From Candidatus Dormiibacterota bacterium (lineage in GTDB: Bacteria > Chloroflexota > Dormibacteria > Aeolococcales > Aeolococcaceae), in NCBI GenBank assembly GCA_003142035.1, contig PLOF01000109.1, forward strand, positions 1 through 19,674: a stretch of 19,674 nt of DNA, read 5' to 3'. The position numbers and the translations under genes were made by a program. Shown in pieces: positions 15,740 to 19,674 of the stretch. A model generated the notes under the pieces. It made no database searches. It had not been told where the DNA came from and worked only from the letters and a program-made list of their open reading frames with translations. Within the stretch, counting starts at the first letter, position 1. Every line of letters starts with the position of its first letter.

Positions 15740-16651
15740 GTGGCCGACCGGGTGCTGGAGATCGACCGGGTGTCCAAGCGGTACGCGCACGTCGAGGCGC
15801 TGCACGAGCTGAGCTTCGAGGTCCGGGCGGGCGAGCTGTTCGGCTTCGTCGGGCCCAATGGCGCCGGCAAGACGACCACCATGCGCATCGTCCTCGGCGT
15901 GCTCGCGGCCGACGCGGGCGAGGTGCGGTGGGGAGGGGAGCCGATCACCTTCGCGACGCGTCGGCGGATCGGCTACATGCCCGAGGAGCGCGGTCTCTAT
16001 CCGAGCATGGGGGTGACCGAACAGCTCGTCTACCTGGCCGAGCTGCACGGGATGCGCGCCCGCGACGCCCGCGCGGCCACCGCCCGCTGGCTGGAGCGGC
16101 TCGGCCTCGGCGACCGCGGTGGCGAGCAGCTCCAGAAGCTGAGCCAGGGCAATCAGCAGCGGGTCCAGCTGGCCGCGGCGCTGCTCTTCTCGCCGGACGT
16201 GCTGGTCCTCGACGAACCCTTCTCGGGGCTCGACCCCGTGGCGGTCGACGTGATGAGCGACGTGCTCCGAGAACAGGCGGATGCGGGCATCTCGGTGCTC
16301 TTCTCCAGCCACCAGCTGGAGCTGGTCGAGGAGCTCTGCGACCGGGTTGGCATCATCCGCGGCGGCCGCATGCTGGCTGCCGGCTCCGTGGAGGAGCTGC
16401 GCAGCGGGTCGGCTCCCCGCTACTGGGTCGACGTCCCGATGGCGGCGGCCGGGTGGGCGGAGAAGGTGCCCGGGGCGGCGGTCGTGCGGATGGAGGGCTC
16501 GCGGACGCTGGTCGAGCTCCAGGCCGCGGCCGGCGATCAAGTGCTGCTGCAGGCGGCGCTCGCCACCGGCCCGGTTCGTGAATTCCGCCGCGACACGCCG
16601 ACGCTCACCGAGCTCTTCCGCACCGTCATCACCGAGGAGACCGCCGCGTGA
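15740..16651 (+). CDS. ABC transporter ATP-binding protein (ABC-2/NatA-like, with a C-terminal accessory domain)
   Basis: Walker A GPNGAGKTT, Q-loop, ABC signature LSQGNQQRV, Walker B VLVLDEP and H-loop SSHQ are all present. The GTG start has a GGAGG SD. Confidence 0.9.
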   Translation: MADRVLEIDRVSKRYAHVEALHELSFEVRAGELFGFVGPNGAGKTTTMRIVLGVLAADAGEVRWGGEPITFATRRRIGYMPEERGLYPSMGVTEQLVYLAELHGMRARDARAATARWLERLGLGDRGGEQLQKLSQGNQQRVQLAAALLFSPDVLVLDEPFSGLDPVAVDVMSDVLREQADAGISVLFSSHQLELVEELCDRVGIIRGGRMLAAGSVEELRSGSAPRYWVDVPMAAAGWAEKVPGAAVVRMEGSRTLVELQAAAGDQVLLQAALATGPVREFRRDTPTLTELFRTVITEETAA

Positions 16652-17910
16652 GCGGCACAGCCCCCGAACGCGCCGGGCTCAGCCCCCGCCGCGCCGTCTA
16701 CCTGATCGCCCGCCGCGAGTTCGCGACCAGGATCCGCGGCAAGGTCTTCATCATCGGGACGATCGTCGCCGTCGCACTGCTCGCCCTGTACGCCGTGCTG
16801 CAGCTGGCGGTCATCGACAGGATCAATACGACGACCACGTTCAATGTCGCCTTCTCGGGCTCGACCACGGCGCTGGCCCAGCCGCTCGAGGCGGCGGCCC
16901 CGTCGCTCGGGTTCAAGGTGCATGTGAGCGACGTCGCGACCGAGGCGCAGGGCCGGTCGGAGGTGCGCGCGGGCAGCCTCGACGCCCTGGTCGTGGGCAC
17001 GCCCGGCGCTCCCCAGGCCGTGGTCGAGACCGGGATCGACCCCACCCTGCAGGCAGCGCTGGTCGCGCTCGCCAAGCAGGACGTGCTCTCCAACGACCTG
17101 AGCGCTGCGGGCCTCAGCCCGGCTGCCGTCGAGAGCCAGGTCGATGCCGTCTCGCTGCATCTCGACACCCTGCACCCGGCCACGGCGGCCCAGCTGCAGG
17201 GACCGATCATCGGCTTCGTCATGGCCTTTGCCCTCTACCTCTTCATCGGCATCTACGGCAGCGTGATCGGGCAGGGGGTGGTCGCCGAGAAGGCCAGCCG
17301 GGTGGTGGAGATCCTGCTCTCGACGGTGAGGCCCGGGCAGCTCCTGCTCGGCAAGGTGGTCGGCATCGGCCTGGTCGGCCTGATCCAGCTCGGCATCATC
17401 GCCGTCTGCGGGTTGCTCTTCACCGTGCCCACCGGCGTGCTCGCCCTGCCCGGCGCGGCGATCGGGGCCGTCGCCATCGGGGTGATGTGGTTCGTGCTCG
17501 GATTCATCCTCTACGCGCTGATGCTCGCCGCCACGGCGTCCTTGGTCTCGCGGGTCGAGGAGGTGAGCAGCGCGACCGTGCCGGTCTCGATGCTGCTGGT
17601 CGTCACCTGGCTGCTCGCCTACGTGGTGGCCATCCCGGCCATCGACGCGGTGACCGGCGGCGGTGCGGTGTCGCCGGGCCTGGAGACGCTCACCACCGTG
17701 ATCTCGCTGATCCCGCCCTTCACCCCGGTGCTGATGTCGATCCGGATGGCGGCGGGCGAGGTGCCGCTCTGGGAGGGGCTGCTCGCCATCGTCCTGGTGC
17801 TGGCCAGCATCGTCGGGATGACCTGGCTGGGCGCCCGCATCTACGCCAACTCGATCCTTCGCTTCGGCGCTCGCATCAAGCTCACCGACGCGCTCCGCCG
17901 CTCTCGCTGA
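16648..17910 (+). CDS. ABC-2-family transporter permease (NatB-like, with a large extracytoplasmic loop after TM1)
   Basis: 420 aa. Its GTG start overlaps the ATPase stop (GTGA, 16648–16651). There is one N-terminal TM, a soluble loop of about 150 aa, then five or more TM helices. This topology is typical of ABC-2 permeases. Confidence 0.8.
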   Translation: MSGTAPERAGLSPRRAVYLIARREFATRIRGKVFIIGTIVAVALLALYAVLQLAVIDRINTTTTFNVAFSGSTTALAQPLEAAAPSLGFKVHVSDVATEAQGRSEVRAGSLDALVVGTPGAPQAVVETGIDPTLQAALVALAKQDVLSNDLSAAGLSPAAVESQVDAVSLHLDTLHPATAAQLQGPIIGFVMAFALYLFIGIYGSVIGQGVVAEKASRVVEILLSTVRPGQLLLGKVVGIGLVGLIQLGIIAVCGLLFTVPTGVLALPGAAIGAVAIGVMWFVLGFILYALMLAATASLVSRVEEVSSATVPVSMLLVVTWLLAYVVAIPAIDAVTGGGAVSPGLETLTTVISLIPPFTPVLMSIRMAAGEVPLWEGLLAIVLVLASIVGMTWLGARIYANSILRFGARIKLTDALRRSR

Positions 17911-17920
17911 GGCGTCTGGG

Positions 17921-19108
17921 TCAACCGCTCACACAGGTGCCGGCGCTCACCGCCGCGGTGTGGCCGTCAGCCGCCTGGATCTCCCCGGTGATGTCGGAGG
18001 TCGCCAGCGCGTACCCCTCGTCCGCGGAGGTGGTGCTCGTCGCGAAGGTGACGCCGATCACTCGACCCGAGAGGTCGACGAGCGGCCCACCGGAGTCGCC
18101 GGGGATCACGTCGGCGGAGACGACCACGGTCTCGCGGGTGACCGAGCCGGAGTAATAGATGTTCCAGGTGGTCGCCTCCTCGGTGCCACGGACCGCCGCC
18201 GCGACCGTCGTCTCCGAACCCCCATCGGGGTAGCCGATCACGGCACCCTGTGTCCCCACCGGGGCATTGCCGCTCGCGATCGGCAGCGGTGACATCCCCA
18301 GGCCGGGGACGTAGAGGATGGCGACGTCCTCATTGGAGTCAAAGAGCACCACCGTGGCGTTGAGTGGCTGCTGGCCCGGAGGCTGCACCGTCACGCGATA
18401 CGAGCCGGCCACGACGTGGGCGTTGGTCAGCATCAGGTCGTGTCCCACGGGCCAGGCCGAGCCCGCCAGGGCGCCGCCCGGGCCCCCGCAGCCGTATGCG
18501 ATCACCCGGGATACGTCGGCCTCGGCGGTGCGCACCCCGACGGTGTCGGTGCTCGCCGGGAGGGGCTCGAGCGGGAGGGTGGGGGAGAGGCCGGTGAAGG
18601 GGTTGGGCAGCTCGTTGTTCTGGAGAAACTCCTGGACCTTGGCGAGGAAGGCGGGGGGCTCGGGGGCGATGTCGAGCAGGCCCCGCTCGATCGCCGAGCT
18701 GTCGATCTGGCTGCCGAGCACGGTCAGAGAGCTGTTGACGAATGTGAAGCCGAGGAACCAGGCGATGAAGAGCACCCCCAGGCAGCTCGTGAAGGTGCCG
18801 GCCACCGAATCCCACGTGGCCAGCCGGGTCCGGAGGGTGAGGACCCGCGCCCGGTACCCCAAGGCGCTGCCGATCCCCTCGATGATGAGCAGGGCGGCGA
18901 CGAAGATGCCGGTGGCGACCAGGGGCTGGCCGCTGCTGTGCGGTCCCGGCGAGATCCACCGGGTGAGCGGCGGCGCGATCAGCGCGCCGACCACGCTGCC
19001 GACCACCAGGCCGGCCAGTGCCGAGCCCGCCCAGGTGAAGCCGCGCCGGTACCCGGAGATGGCAAAGCCGACCAGCAGGATCGCGATGATGGCGTCGAGG
19101 ATGTCCAT
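17921..19108 (-). CDS. marP: MarP-type membrane-anchored serine protease (N-terminal CvpA-like 4-TM domain plus C-terminal trypsin-like protease; Rv3671c family)
   Basis: Catalytic triad motifs TNAHVV (His), DVAIL (Asp) and GDSGGP (Ser) are present. The N-terminus has hydrophobic TM helices. The C-terminal ...GTCVSG resembles the end of mycobacterial MarP. Length 395 aa. Confidence 0.8.
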   Translation of the reverse strand: MDILDAIIAILLVGFAISGYRRGFTWAGSALAGLVVGSVVGALIAPPLTRWISPGPHSSGQPLVATGIFVAALLIIEGIGSALGYRARVLTLRTRLATWDSVAGTFTSCLGVLFIAWFLGFTFVNSSLTVLGSQIDSSAIERGLLDIAPEPPAFLAKVQEFLQNNELPNPFTGLSPTLPLEPLPASTDTVGVRTAEADVSRVIAYGCGGPGGALAGSAWPVGHDLMLTNAHVVAGSYRVTVQPPGQQPLNATVVLFDSNEDVAILYVPGLGMSPLPIASGNAPVGTQGAVIGYPDGGSETTVAAAVRGTEEATTWNIYYSGSVTRETVVVSADVIPGDSGGPLVDLSGRVIGVTFATSTTSADEGYALATSDITGEIQAADGHTAAVSAGTCVSG

Positions 19109-19304
19109 CCGGTCGCGAGTTTGACGGGTGCGGCCCGGCTCCGGGGTTGGTCAGTTCGCGAGAGGGGGGAGCGTCCAGGCCGCGGGGCCGTTCGGCCGGC
19201 CGGGCGTGGGTACGGTCCAGGCCACACGGCTCGGGCCAGGTGGCCCATGCTGGGGTGTACGGCCGCGTGGCCGGGGCCTGGAAAACGTCGCACCGAGGAG
19301 CTTC

Positions 19305-19571
19305 ATGGCTGACATCGTTCGAGTCCATCTCCACACCGGTCTCGACCGCGACTACGCGGCGACCGGCTTCGGCCTCAGCTCCCACGGTCTGACCATCACC
19401 CGTCCGCGTCCCGACGGGGCCCCGGGCGATGAGATCGTGGCCGTCTTCGACCACGGCAAGTTCGACTGGGCGGAGCGGGTGGCCGAGGGCGCGGCTCCCG
19501 CCGGTGAGCTGACCCCCTTCGACGCCTCCCAGCTGGGCCGGGCCAGCCGGCGGACGGCGCTCTCGAGCTGA
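19305..19571 (+). CDS. Hypothetical small protein (88 aa), divergent from marP
   Basis: The ATG at 19305 is in frame within the six-frame ORF 19128..19571. A GAGGAG SD lies 6 nt upstream. GC3 is high and the composition is balanced (MADIVRVHLHTGLDRDYAATGFGLSSHGLTITRPRPDG...). Confidence 0.5.
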   Translation: MADIVRVHLHTGLDRDYAATGFGLSSHGLTITRPRPDGAPGDEIVAVFDHGKFDWAERVAEGAAPAGELTPFDASQLGRASRRTALSS

Positions 19572-19625
19572 CCCCGCGGGGCCGGCCCCGCCCTGCCCTG
19601 GCGGGTGCCCTATCCTCTAGGGCAT

Positions 19626-19674
19626 CGGGGCGTGGCGCAGCCGGTAGCGCGCTTGCTTTGGGAGCAAGAGGTCC
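19626..19674 (+). tRNA. tRNA-Pro (anticodon UGG), 5' portion only; the 3' end runs past the window edge
   Basis: CGGGGCG (acceptor 5' arm), T, G, then GCGC-AGCCGGTA-GCGC (D arm), G, then CTTGC-TTTGGGA-GCAAG (anticodon arm; the loop TTTGGGA puts TGG at positions 34–36), then AGGTCC (variable loop / start of the T arm). Closely resembles actinobacterial proT. Confidence 0.8.

Noticed and set aside
14088-15812. 574-aa plus-strand ORF, and the 14369..14965 minus-strand ORF out of frame
   Set aside because: The first is antisense to the SPFH gene, which has a clear band-7 domain and SD. The second is out of frame. Both are low complexity.
15638-16540. 300-aa minus-strand ORF and the 15928..16581 plus-strand ORF over the ABC ATPase
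   Set aside because: The ABC ATPase frame has the complete set of Walker, signature and H-loop motifs. The alternatives are Arg/Pro/Gly-rich.
16281-18155. 624-aa plus-strand ORF spanning the ABC permease and the marP end
   Set aside because: It is out of frame and antisense. The translation is almost pure Arg/Pro/Gly.
18339-19454. 371-aa minus-strand and 298-aa plus-strand (18416..19312) ORFs overlapping marP
   Set aside because: MarP has the full catalytic triad in another frame; these ORFs are Arg/Gly/Pro-rich artefacts.
1-19674. CRISPR arrays, IS elements, integrases, phage genes, toxin domains
   Set aside because: No spacer-repeat periodicity, transposase/integrase-like translations or terminal inverted repeats were found. 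The only mobile-element cue is the tRNA-Pro at the 3' edge, and its downstream side is outside the window.

Overview
This is a high-GC (about 70%) chromosomal window that looks actinobacterial. It has no recognisable mobile elements or CRISPR arrays. Coding density is high and several genes overlap by 1–4 nt, indicating translational coupling.

(1) Positions 1–5037, minus strand: a tightly coupled five-gene sugar-phosphate catabolic operon. The order is class I DhnA/FbaB/LsrF-type aldolase, FGGY carbohydrate kinase, L-fucose/L-arabinose-isomerase-family protein, archaeal-type triosephosphate-isomerase paralogue, YjbQ-family protein. A low-GC 347-bp regulatory region (5038–5384) separates it from a divergent plus-strand block.

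(2) Positions 5385–10033, plus strand: M24 (creatinase/prolidase-like) metallopeptidase, APC-family permease, a GC-rich palindromic terminator, a DeoR-family regulator and a monofunctional proline dehydrogenase.

(3) Positions 10067–12744: a divergent TetR regulator and oleate hydratase (MCRA) pair.

(4) Positions 12777–14483, minus strand: a Pro-rich hypothetical protein, a small 93-aa ORF and an Arc/ribbon-helix-helix DNA-binding protein.

(5) Positions 14520–15641, minus strand: an SPFH/band-7 membrane protein with an internally duplicated transmembrane module.

(6) Positions 15740–19108: a translationally coupled ABC-2 ATPase/permease pair, a MarP-type membrane serine protease and a divergent 88-aa ORF. 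A partial tRNA-Pro(UGG) runs off the 3' edge.

The most unusual item is the non-canonical isomerase/kinase/class-I-aldolase/TIM-paralogue/YjbQ operon and its possible link to the adjacent peptidase, permease, DeoR and proline dehydrogenase block. The Arc-RHH plus small-ORF pair and the duplicated SPFH protein also merit follow-up. All functional calls come from reading motifs in the supplied translations; no database searches were run.
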